From NCBI GenBank assembly GCA_964016885.1, contig OZ024743.1:94612001-94676000 (forward strand): a DNA stretch of 64,000 bases, in the 5' to 3' direction. The DNA comes from Eledone cirrhosa (taxonomy: Eukaryota). The position numbers were made by a program, and so were the translations under genes. Positions 13,198 through 24,540 of the stretch are shown one piece after another (the stretch's first letter is position 1; each line of letters starts with the position of its first letter). Below the pieces are notes generated by a model that did not search any database, was not told the origin of the DNA, and saw nothing but the letters and a program-made list of their open reading frames with translations.

Positions 13198-15170
13198 AAC
13201 CACGCCGCACTGCATCCTGGTTCCTTTGTGACGTTAACTGCCCTTCAGGTGCATATATACTACTCTAATACCTCTTCTCTTCTCCCCACTCTCTTACTTT
13301 TCTTCCTCTCTTCCCTGGTTCATCTTATTGGACCACAAGCCAAGCACCCTGGGGTAGAACCTACTTAAGGCTTTTCACTATACCTAGCACAGTTTGACCC
13401 TATATAGGCACATACCCACACTAACCATGTTAGTATGGTTTATAAACACACCCATTGTGCGCTAACTGATAGCACAGCACAATAGTCTGTCGAAAGCCCA
13501 GAAAACCCCGCCGCAGCCATAAAGCGGCTGAATTGGGATCCCGGAGTCTAGTTAACCTTAACCCTAAAGTGTGTAATAGATCTAACCTAGAATAGTAAAC
13601 TATGGTAGCAAATCGTGTGGGCTGGGCGCCGCTGAATCGACCTAGCCCCAGGAGGAAGGGGAGGTTGATCGCCGAGGGCTTCGAATCAAACAAAGGACTC
13701 GCCCGTAGCATCCCGTTGGATATCTAATGAATCCGCCGTTTATGACGCGAATTGCCTCCCATACCTTTCATACGTACACTACGACTTCCTGTGTTTATAT
13801 TCAGACCACCGTTGTGTGTTACGAGCGAGAGACTAATCTTTGAAGGTTGGAGTTAGTTGAATATGAATTGTGATCCAGGTTTGATGAATTATAGAACCAC
13901 ACTCTAGGCAGAGTGCAGCACTGGATATTGAACTCCCGCCAACCCAGGAGGGGTCACATCCGACTGTGAATGGATTGCAACATCCGGAGTCAATAATCTA
14001 AACGAAAACCACGTGGCGGAAATATAAATAACATAGCTGTCATTGACAGGTTTGGTTGTGAGTTCTCCCTTCTATATATATTTATATATTCTACAGAAAT
14101 GTGCACTCACTCTAATAAACCCACCTATTATTATAACAATATCTGCTCATTCTGCCATATGTGATTCTGGAAGCGGATTTTCCTATATACACTTTTTCTC
14201 TATATGTAACGGGATAGCCATCATGATTTGTATTTACTGTGGTACAGTTGTATGCGGTGCGGTACATTGGTTGGACGCCAACTTGGACATACAGTGAATT
14301 TCACCTGGCACGTTGGATTGAGCGACCGAACGTGGGGATTTTGGAGAATGCCAGTTTCTGCGGACCTGGCGTGTTTTCAATTTCCTCACATCTGTGCCAG
14401 CTGTATATGTACCATACATCTCTTTAACTCGTCGTACTTTCTTTTATTTTTTATTTTAGATTTTAGGTGTATATGCCAGACCGCCTATGGTGATAAATCC
14501 CCTGGGTATAGGTTTTGAAAAAATAGTGTTATCTCACTTAACGTTCGGAACTGGAATATGTGGTTAGTAGGGCGCGGATATGATAAGGAGAATCGACCTG
14601 TTACAAGACGATATAATTGGAGTACACCATCCCTCATATGGACTATCATACATGTAAGGTTACACCACTGCTAACCAACTATTCTTTCCACAGACTCATG
14701 CTTGCAAACTCTAATGATCTGCGTGTACACCCTCTTTTTGCACTGCTTGTGCTTTGATGAATTTATGCTTTGCTTTGTCTTATATTTCTCTGGGGTCTCC
14801 GGGCTGTTTGTTCTTTTATTGTTTTGTATTTTTATATTTATCTCTTTTATTATCCCTGTATTTTTGCACTTTTTTATTATTTTTTTAATTATTTTCTTAT
14901 TGTTTCTGATCATGCTGAGTAATACCCTCACTCTTCCCTTGCTACCCTCTCCCAACCTCTTTATCATCTATTGCACCATTTAAGTGATACATTTTTGGTG
15001 TAATTTTTAATTTTTAATTTTTAAATTTTTAAGACATTTTATGACATTATGTGCATCATGTATTCTGCCTTTTTCCATATAGCGCTGGCCTCAGGACCCC
15101 ACTGCTGGTCCATTAACCTTGTTCTGGTAACGCAGCTCGATGGAGCATGCAACTACTGATATACTCATGT

Positions 15171-15227
15171 TTATAAGCTCTGATGATTCCTGCCATGGTG
15201 TATGGATGAAACACTGTTAGCTAATAA
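15171..15227 (+). ncRNA. Minimal hammerhead ribozyme (right pLTR)
   Basis: ttataagct-CTGATGA-t tcc..gga t-GAAAC act GTT-agctaataa. Confidence 0.7.
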
Positions 15228-15400
15228 AACAATGTATTTCTAAGTACTCTTTGGTTATTCCTATAACTATATATATATATGCATGCATACATATACACAT
15301 GCATGCATTATACTCACATATAAATAAATAAATAAGTAAATACCGCCTATGGAAGCATCATAGCTACCATTAAATACGCACACACACACACACACACACA

Positions 15401-15522
<122 letters not shown>

Positions 15523-15745
15523 ACATTAATTTAGCGAGAATCGCATTTCGGCGGGTAGAAATTAGCGAAACGCAACTTCCGTATTGTGCAGACAAGCTCA
15601 CCATGGATATGAAGATACCAGAGCTATAAACATAAGTTTAAATGATCATACAGTCTGAGACGATGGTTAAGAAGCCATTAACCACCTTAGCCAAAAAAGC
15701 GAACAAGCTAAAGGGGTCAAACAAAATAAGATATGATTGAAATAC

Positions 15746-15820
<75 letters not shown>

Positions 15821-15825
<5 letters not shown>

Positions 15826-16000
15826 AACAAGTAAGACCCCGACGGCTAATTCTGGACAGAGTCCAGAATTAGCCGTCGAAACGGCTTGAGCTCAGCCGTC
15901 GGGGTCTTACTTGTTCCTATTACCCACTCTACTACCCTAAGTATTGAGTACTTTGGTGCGTTATGCTCCACCTGGTTCCTTACCACAATTCCTTCGTTAT
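15821..16000 (+). mobile_element. Short pLTR-derived cruciform element with a hammerhead lacking CUGANGA
   Basis: Nested inverted repeats 15821-15920; GAAACggct..agccGTC ggggtc; same family as 23914-24105. Confidence 0.6.
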
Positions 16001-16137
16001 ATATATACGTACAGGTACACATACATATATGTATGTATCAGTTTAGCGGACGCTTATTATAACGCCCGCTTTGTTCGTTTGTAAACAAACTGAACAGCCT
16101 GAATTTATGCCGTACGGCATATATGTATGTGTACCTG

Positions 16138-16223
<86 letters not shown>

Positions 16224-16649
16224 TGCTACTGTACGTCTGTATACATATATGTATGTACGTATACATACATACTTACATTTAAGTAAGTGCCGTACTAAGA
16301 GTGAGAAATGAAATTTCGTTTTCATTTTATTACAACTTATCGTTCTCGGTACGCCTGGCCGAACTCACTCGATATGCAAATTAGGCTGCTCAGCCGTTAA
16401 TTTTCATAAGGAAAGTATATACTTTCGAACGTTCAACCATCTGGCAGAAGGGTATACGGTGCTGATGATAGCTAACAAGCTTGAAACTAGTACATCGTTC
16501 CTGTGTCAGTGTTGAACAAACAGGTGACGTGGTTGCCTTAACACCGTACGGCATAAATTCAGGCTGTTCAGTTTGTTTACAAACGAACAAAGCGGGCGTT
16601 ATAATAAGCGTCCGCTAAACTGATACGTACATATATGTATGTGTACCTG

Positions 16650-16690
<41 letters not shown>

Positions 16691-16810
16691 GCATGCTACT
16701 GTACGTCTGTATACATATATGTATGTACGTATACATACATACTTACATTTAAGTAAGTGCCGTACTAAGAGTGAGAAATGAAATTTCGTTTTCATTTTAT
16801 TACAACTTAT
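15998..16810 (+). mobile_element. Retrozyme-like non-coding element (~470-nt unit, partial tandem, 5' inversion)
   Basis: 16118-16340 repeated at 16630-16810; ~16005-16117 is the inverse of ~16545-16657; hammerhead at 16456-16498; TA flanks. Confidence 0.75.
16456..16498 (+). ncRNA. Minimal type I hammerhead with palindromic stem III
   Basis: acggtg-CTGATGA-t agct(aaca)agct t-GAAAC TA GTA-catcgt; covaries with the 43216-43258 copy. Confidence 0.85.
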
Positions 16811-16843
16811 ATATATATTTATATATATATAATTATATATATT

Positions 16844-16875
<32 letters not shown>

Positions 16876-16882
16876 CATATAT

Positions 16883-16926
<44 letters not shown>

Positions 16927-16927
16927 C

Positions 16928-16970
<43 letters not shown>

Positions 16971-17003
16971 ATATATATATATATATTTATATATATTTTA
17001 TTT

Positions 17004-17445
17004 AGGTTTGTTGGTTCACCACTGGATAGAATTGGTCATTCCGTATGGTCAATCTTGATGTAATATTGTGGAAAGTACTTAACGTAGTACAGTTCACCCG
17101 TCTTCGTTTGTGTAGTTGGTGGTGCTAATACGGAGTTAATTATTACAAATAAAATAACAGGAGGCTGGACTGGTGTAAATCCTTGCAAAGTTTATTATAC
17201 CATAATCACTTCAATGACCGGGTTCCGTATGAATCCTGTGATATCATCAGGTATTCGAAATATAACAAAGTAATATATAAAATCCATGGGTCCGAAAAAC
17301 AGAGACAGAGAGGACGACTGACCAACTAGCTGCTTTCACCTCGGTCAGTCGCCCTCAAGTGATGGCAACCCAGTCATTGAAGTGATCATGGTATAATAAA
17401 TTTTTCAAGGATTTACACGAGTCCAGCCTCCTGTTATTTTATTTG

Positions 17446-17449
<4 letters not shown>
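17004..17449. mobile_element. pLTR-derived fold-back with degenerate hammerhead
   Basis: Paralog of 17512-17880; internal inverted repeat ~17143-17223 / 17368-17449; core mutated (GAAG, UG). Confidence 0.6.
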
Positions 17450-17514
<65 letters not shown>

Positions 17515-17705
17515 GGTTTGAGGTTCACCACTGTATAGAGCTGGTCTATTCCGTATGGTCAATCGTAATGCAATAATATAGAGAGTACTCAACGTAAAGC
17601 AGTTCAACCGTCTTTGTTTTTGTAGTTGGTGGTGCTATTACGGAGTTAAATATTATAATGAAATGACAGGAGGCTGGATTTGTGTAAATCCTTGAAAGGT
17701 TTATT

Positions 17706-17763
17706 ATACTATGATCATTTCAATGACCGGGTTCCGTATGAATCCGGTGATATCATCAGGTAT
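17706..17763 (-). ncRNA. Minimal hammerhead ribozyme
   Basis: Reverse complement of 19130-19187. Confidence 0.65.
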
Positions 17764-19129
17764 TCGAAATATAATACGTGAATGTAATAGGTAAAATCCA
17801 TGGGGCTGAAAATCGAGACCCGAGGGCGACCGCTATTCTGTTCCTTCAACCTCAGCCGGTCGCCCTGGAGTGACGTGGCTAAATTTTACAGTATGCTACT
17901 ACCGGTCAGATGAACGAAAACAGAAAGGGATGGGAGCATAGGTTAACGTTGAAACTATTAGATATATCAACCTGAAACTGTTGAGCTTTAAATTTTCTAA
18001 CCTCTTTAATATGGAATATTGATTATTAATTTATTAATTTTTTAACTTCATCCTATAAGTCTAAACATTGTAACACATTGACCCCCAATATATTCACCTC
18101 TGCTAAGATGCGAGTCCCTGTGAAAATTTTGTCGCGCCACTCCTGGCCCGACTGTGGTGTGACATTAATATCGACCTTCCTTCCTCTCTCTTTCTATCTT
18201 CCTTCTTGTAGCTATCAACCATTACTCTTTTACTTCTCTAAGCAAAATTTTAAAGTTCCAACTTTCTGTCGGACTGTTGGGTGGGTTTTAATGGCGGCGC
18301 GACCGGCTCCCTGGCGAACGAGCTCACCTGGAGTGCTTGGAAAAATAAATTTCCCCTTCTTTCAGTAAATGAAAATACTCGGCGTGGCTTAGTTCGCCAT
18401 GGGGCCCGGGGCGCGGCCGGGGTTTTAACCGCCAAATAGTACCTTTAAATTACAGAACAAATCGGAACTATTATATAATTAAATGTTAAACTGTTGAACT
18501 TTAAATTTTCTAACCTCTTTAATATTGAATATTGATTATTAATTTTTTTAACTTCATCCTAGAAGTCTAAACACTGTAAAACACTGACTCCCAATATATT
18601 CATCTCTGCTAAGATGCGGGTCCCTGTGAAAATTTTCTCCCGTCACTCCTGGCTTGACTGTGGTCTGATATTAATATCGACCTTTCTTCCTCTTTCTTTC
18701 TATCTTCCTTCTTGTAGCCATCAACCCTTACTTTTCTACTTCTCTCTTCCCATCCTTCTCTTCTCCCCTCCCCCTGTCTTCCTCCCGCAGACTTATCTTC
18801 CTTCCCCCTCTTGCTTGCCTATATCTGACCAGTAGTAGTTGCCTTCCTCTTTTAGCTGACATTAACCCTGGCTTCTCTTCTTTCTTCCCCCTTCTTCTCT
18901 CTCCTTCCTTTCTTTCTTTCTTTTACCTTGTGTCATGGGATCGACGTTAACCTATGCTCCCATCCCTTTCTGTTTTCGTTCATCTGACCGGTAGTAGCAT
19001 ACTGTAAAATTTAGCCACGTCACTCCAGGGCGACCGGCTGAGGTTGAAGGAACAGAATAGCGGTCGCCCTCGGGTCTCGATTTTCAGCCCCATGGATTTT
19101 ACCTATTACATTCACGTATTATATTTCGA

Positions 19130-19187
19130 ATACCTGATGATATCACCGGATTCATACGGAACCCGGTCATTGAAATGATCATAGTAT
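19130..19187 (+). ncRNA. Minimal hammerhead ribozyme
   Basis: atac-CTGATGA-t at c accgg..ccggt c at t-GAAA tgatca TA-gtat; palindromic stem III ATGATCAT. Confidence 0.65.
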
Positions 19188-19291
19188 AATAAACCTTTCA
19201 AGGATTTACACAAATCCAGCCTCCTGTCATTTCATTATATATATATATTAATTCAAAATATTAACAAAATAGATATTCTCGTGATCAATTA

Positions 19292-19358
19292 TATTTTATT
19301 ATACATATTTCAGAGGTACTGAGTTAAGTTCAACAGTACGTCCTCATCAGATAAAATA
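19292..19358 (-). ncRNA. Minimal hammerhead ribozyme
   Basis: Inverted copy of 19427-19493. Confidence 0.65.
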
Positions 19359-19426
19359 AAATGATGCATGACTACCATGACTGAATCTTAACCATCTACT
19401 ATGTCAGGGTATGTCATGCATCATTT

Positions 19427-19493
19427 TATTTTATCTGATGAGGACGTACTTTTGAACTTAACTCAGTACCTCTGAAATATGTATAATAAAATA
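19427..19493 (+). ncRNA. Minimal hammerhead ribozyme
   Basis: tattttat-CTGATGA-gga c gtact..agtac c tct-GAAA tatgta TA-ataaaata (8-bp stem I). Confidence 0.7.
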
Positions 19494-19631
19494 TAATTGA
19501 TCACAAGAATATCTATTTTGTTAATATTTTGAATTAATATTAATAACTCTGGAAAACATTTACTTGTTGAGTGCTTCCAATCTATTGTAAAACACATTCT
19601 TTGATGTATTCATTGAACCTTGTTTAACTTT

Positions 19632-19692
<61 letters not shown>

Positions 19693-19694
<2 letters not shown>

Positions 19695-22600
19695 TAAGGT
19701 GAATACGATTTTCTATTCTCAAATAATGCCTCGACGAGGAAGAAAGAAAACATCTGGTTGGTCTATCGATAGTGGAAAGAAACCACGACTAAGGAGAGCC
19801 GAAGAAGGTGAGCAAGATAGTGGTCAACACCAACAAGATCGGGACAGGCATGCGAATAGAAGGATCGATGAGACTGATAAAGCAAGGGTTGCGCGTCTGG
19901 CAGAACAGAGGGAAAGAGACAGAAGAAGGAGAGATCATGAATCGGATGGTCGGAGAACTGAACGTCTTTGCCAACAAACCATTAGGGATAGAACAAGGAC
20001 AGTTCAACGACGTGACCTCTCTGCTGATGTTGGACAAATGAATAAGATCTGTGTCTGTTGACATGCAATGCTTTTTCATGGTGAAACTGCTAACTTTTGC
20101 TGTATGAATGGAAAAGTCAGGTTGGGGAATCTGCAGCCTTCACAGTTTATTTAGTACTGATCAACCTAGGGCAAACGAGTTCAGGAAGAACCTCAGACAA
20201 TACAACTCCTGTTCCAAATGATATCTTTTGGGGCCGAAGAAGTTCGTTCCTCAAGGAGTGGATGGAATCCTTCTATCGTTATTCATGGTCAAATTCCCCA
20301 TTACATCGGTTCCTTAACCCCTAATCCCAACGAACAACCCCAATTTCTTCAAATTTACTTCTTGGATCCTCAGGATAGTGTTGATTTGAGGATCAAGAAG
20401 TAGGATGGCATTCAGCGCGACATAGTTGAATTATTGGAATTAATACTCAGACAATATAACAATATAACAATTCGCCATGTTGGAAAGATGAAACGTGCAG
20501 TAAACGGTATCCTAAGCCTTTCAGTGAATATACATTGTGTGGAGAGGACTCTTATCCTGTGTACAGAAGACGGTCTCCAGGAATGGGAGGATTTGAGGGG
20601 CACCAAGAAGGAAGGGGAAGCCGAAAAATAACTTCGGAATGGGTGGTTCCCTACAATATGAAACTATTAAAACTGTTCAACTGCCACCTAAACGTAGAGA
20701 TGTGCTCTTCCGTGAAATCGATCAAATACGTTATCAAATATACCATGAAGGGTAATGATCAGGCAATGTTTGGAGTGAACAGGGAAGATGAGATAATACA
20801 ATATTTAACAGGAAGCTGTTGCCTTGGTACTTGGATTTCCAATTCATGAGAGAGAACCGGTCGTAGTTCGCCTTCAAGTTCATCTACCTGAGGAAAATCA
20901 AATCTTCTTTCGGGTCAATGCTGCTGTAAACAATAACATGGCTAAGACGACTCTCTCTGAGTTCATGGATCTTTGCGATCGCGATCCGTTTGCAAAAACA
21001 TTGTATTATTCCGATGTGCCAAAGTTTTACACTTGGAGTAATAAGAGATGGGAAAGGAGAAAGGTGGGGAAAACAGTTGAGCAGTATCCAGGGTTTTTGA
21101 GGCGAACGTTTTGGGACGAGTATACACTGTTTCTCCACGAAGTGGTGACCTGTATTATTTAAGACTCCGTCTGCATCACGTCAAAGGGACAGTATCCTTC
21201 AACTCTTTGAAAATGTGTGATGGAGAACTTCTGCCATTATTCAAAGACGTCTGCAGAGAGAAAGGTCTACTTCAATCGGATGATCATTGGCAGCAGACTC
21301 TGGAAGATGCTGAGCAAACAAGGCTTCCCGAAGCCATGAGAGATCTATTGATCGTGCTCCTCACAAATACGGAAATTGACAATTCCAGTGCTTTATGGGC
21401 TCGATTTAAGCATTCGCTGTCTGAGGATTACCTTCAAATAGAAAAAAAGGCTACCAGAAACTCTAATCTTTTGATTAGCGAGAGACATTATGATCAATGT
21501 CGTCTGTATTTTGAAGACAAACTTAACGACCTGGGCAAAAGTCTTAGTGACTTTAACTTGCCAAGGCCAAATAATATTGTTGCTAATCAGGATATTGGCA
21601 AGTTGGAGTTATTGCATGAATTGCAATACAGCAGAGAAGAGCAGCGACGATTTGTAGAAGAGACGGAGCCTCTATTGAATGGTGATCAAAAACAAGTGTA
21701 CGACTTCGTTTGTAACAGTTTAGAGACGAAGACATCTGCATTGATTTTCATTGACGCTCCAGGTGGAACAGGAAAGACATTCCTGATTAACTTAATTCTT
21801 TCAAAAGTCAGGGGAAACGGTGACGTGGCTATTGCTGTTGCGTCATCTGGCATTGCCGCAACACTGATGCCTGGTGGAAGAACAGCACATTCTAGGTTCA
21901 AAATACCGGTAGTAGTGAAAGAAAATGGTCTGTGCAACATTGATAAAAACTCAAAGACGGCAAACCTCTTCCAGCATACAAGGCTGATTGTTTGGGATGA
22001 GTATCCTATGTTCGGAGGGAAAGTTTCAAAGCTGTTAACCTCACTCTGCGTCATATATGCGACAACAATGAGGCATTCGGTGGAATTTTGACAATTTGCT
22101 GTGGCGATTTCCGTCAGCTTCTTCCGGTAGTGAAAAGGGGGAAATGAAGCGGACGTGGAAAACGCCTGCATTAAAAAATCCTATTTATGGCGAAGCTTCA
22201 AAAGATTTCAGTTGAAGACAAACATGCGGTTGGGTGGGGGAGCAGGAGACTAGTCACAGTTCCTATTGGATATTGGAGAAGATAAGATAAAAAAAACTGA
22301 AAATGAGAAAATTATTTTGCCAAAAGAAATGGTTCTCCAAGCAACAACTATGGAAGAATGTATTGATTTCATCTACCCCTCATTCGACAATCCAGCTGAA
22401 GTGTTTTCGGACAATTGCATCTTAGTACCTCTCAATGAAATGATGAGAAACATCAATTCCACCTATATCAGACGCTTCCCTGCAACCATAAAAGAGTAGC
22501 AATCCTATGATTCTGTGAGTGATGGTGCCAATGCCACTCATTTCCCGACTCAATTCCTTGATTCGGTTGAACTGTCAGAAATTGATAAAACCTGGAATTG

Positions 22601-23458
22601 AAAAAAGGATCGCCAATAATTCTTATGAGAAACTTGAATCCCCCAAGGCTTTGTAATGAAACGCGCATGAGCGTGGAAGAACTGCACGACAATCTCATAG
22701 TAGCAAGAATCAACACTGCTACTTTCAGAAATGCGATCGTTATGATACCTAGAACAAGAATTAATTTATCCGAAGGTGAGGATATCCCTTTGCTGCGAAG
22801 CCAATTCCCAGTTCAATCGTGCTTCGCTATGACTATTCATAAAGCACAAGGACAAACTATGGAAAACGTCTTGGTTTATCTGGAACGACCTGTATTCCAA
22901 CACAATCAACTGTATGTAGCCCTTAGCCGCGGAAAACGAAAAGAAAATGTCAGAGTGTTTCTGAAGGATACCCAGTCAACTAAGAATGTTGTCATAAAAA
23001 GCATTCTTTTGAACAAACTGTAACAGCGTAAATATGAGAAAATGTTGATTCCGACGTCAGAAAATGAAAGGAAAAGGAAAAACTAAGACAAGTAAGAATA
23101 ATTTCTTTCAAATTTTTGTAAATAAAACCAGCTTTTCTTTAACATTGCAACTTTTTAAGGAGAAAAATCTTTCAGAACAAACAGTCAAGCATCCATAGAG
23201 ATATAAAAAAAATGAATTTTGAAGTGGAGTGATTGGATAGCTATTAGTGAAAAATGATTTGATATTTTCCTTGTGAAAATACTTGTGAATAATACAGTGA
23301 AAAGACAAGTTTCACGTAAATCGGACCACGGGTTCCCGAGATACGCGGATTTTTTTCGGGTACCTTTATAAATAGCCAAATCAGCGCAAAAAGGGAAAAT
23401 ACTTTGAAAGTAAGGTACCATTGAAATGTGAATACAAATGCAGATAGTGGTTGTGAGT

Positions 23459-23489
<31 letters not shown>

Positions 23490-23827
23490 CTGGTGGTGTT
23501 GTTGAATGAAATTATGACAGGTGACTTCAAAGAATCGAATACAGCATTACTGTATCTAGCTGGAATTTGGTGACTGAATATTAAGTTAGATTAAGGTTAT
23601 AACTTGTGTTAGGACAGGATGTATGTGTGTGTGTCTGTGACCAGTGTATATAGGGCACAGACACCCCCCACACACATATATATATACACGTACATATACA
23701 CACATACACGTAAATATATATATTGGCTTTCCAATGTCATTTTACATTATATACATTCTGTGTATATTTTAATTATTTAAAAATTATTTTTAAGTGAACA
23801 TGACCCAACGGGTCACGGGTGGTCTAG
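19693..23827 (+). mobile_element. Helitron (decayed, internally deleted)
   Basis: RepHel fragments; 3' hairpin tgaccc-aac-gggtca (23801-23815) then CTAG|T at 23824-23828; 5' end uncertain, lies at a TA tract. Confidence 0.9.
19726..23023 (+). pseudogene. Helitron Rep-Pif1 helicase, fragmented
   Basis: YPVYRRR, VVPYN..L, KSIKYVIKY..KG, DAPGGTGKT, SSGIAA, GGRTAHSRF, IVWDE, GDFRQLLPV, FAMTIHKAQGQT, QLYVALSR; several stops and frameshifts. Confidence 0.9.
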
Positions 23828-23830
23828 TAA

Positions 23831-23913
<83 letters not shown>

Positions 23914-23916
<3 letters not shown>

Positions 23917-24540
23917 CGAAGGAAATGTGGTAAGGAACCAGGTGGACCATAACGCACCAAAGTACTCAATACTTAGGGTAGTAGAGTGGGTAATAGGAAC
24001 GAGTAGGACCCCGACGGCTGAGCTCAAGACGTTCCGACGGCTAATTCTGGACTAAATGAAAATTTTTATCCTGGTATATGAATAGCCGAGCTTCTCAGGG
24101 GGTAATTCCATATATGGTAAACGTGATTGTCACAAGGATTGGTCAAACGTTTGTTGTTGAGACACATAATTCTATCATGGCAATTTGTGGAAGGAAGGGG
24201 TAGCTGAACCTGCCAGTAGAAGAAAGAGGGAGAGGGGGTGGAGGAAACCCAGTGGTGCGTTGATAGTGCCAACTACAGCAGGGCAGGAGGTCAAGGAAGT
24301 ATACTAGGGAGGGGGAGGGGGAGGAAGTCGAAACAATAAGTAAATCAATATGGGGTAAATATATAGAAGAATACCGAGAATGTTAAAAAAACAATTAAAT
24401 ATAAAAAAAAAAAATTCTGGTTACTATTCCCTAACGACAGCCATCAAGTCTCTCACTGGTACTGCTAGACTATAGAAAAGTTTACTAGATGGGACGGAAT
24501 TATAATGAGACCCTTTTAAGAGGTAGTGGAAATCAACTGG
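23914..24540 (-). mobile_element. PLE 3' UTR/pLTR remnant with degenerate hammerhead (~24007-24105)
   Basis: Minus strand acccc-CTGAGA..cggcta..tagccg tc GGAAC..GTC-ggggt; homologous to 15860-16000; abuts (TA)n. Confidence 0.55.

Larger units (their letters stand above)
9586..15271 (+). mobile_element. Penelope-like element with inverted pseudo-LTRs
   Basis: RT + GIY-YIG ORF flanked by inverted arms 9586-10521 and 14472-15271, each carrying a hammerhead. Confidence 0.9.
17512..19238. mobile_element. Non-autonomous PLE-like element with ~290-bp inverted arms and an internal tandem duplication
   Basis: Inverted repeat ~17653-17950 / 18944-19238; direct repeat ~17975-18240 / 18487-18745; TA flanks. 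Confidence 0.7.
19243..19540. repeat. Near-perfect palindrome carrying two opposed hammerheads
   Basis: Arms ~19243-19382 and ~19403-19540. Confidence 0.9.
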
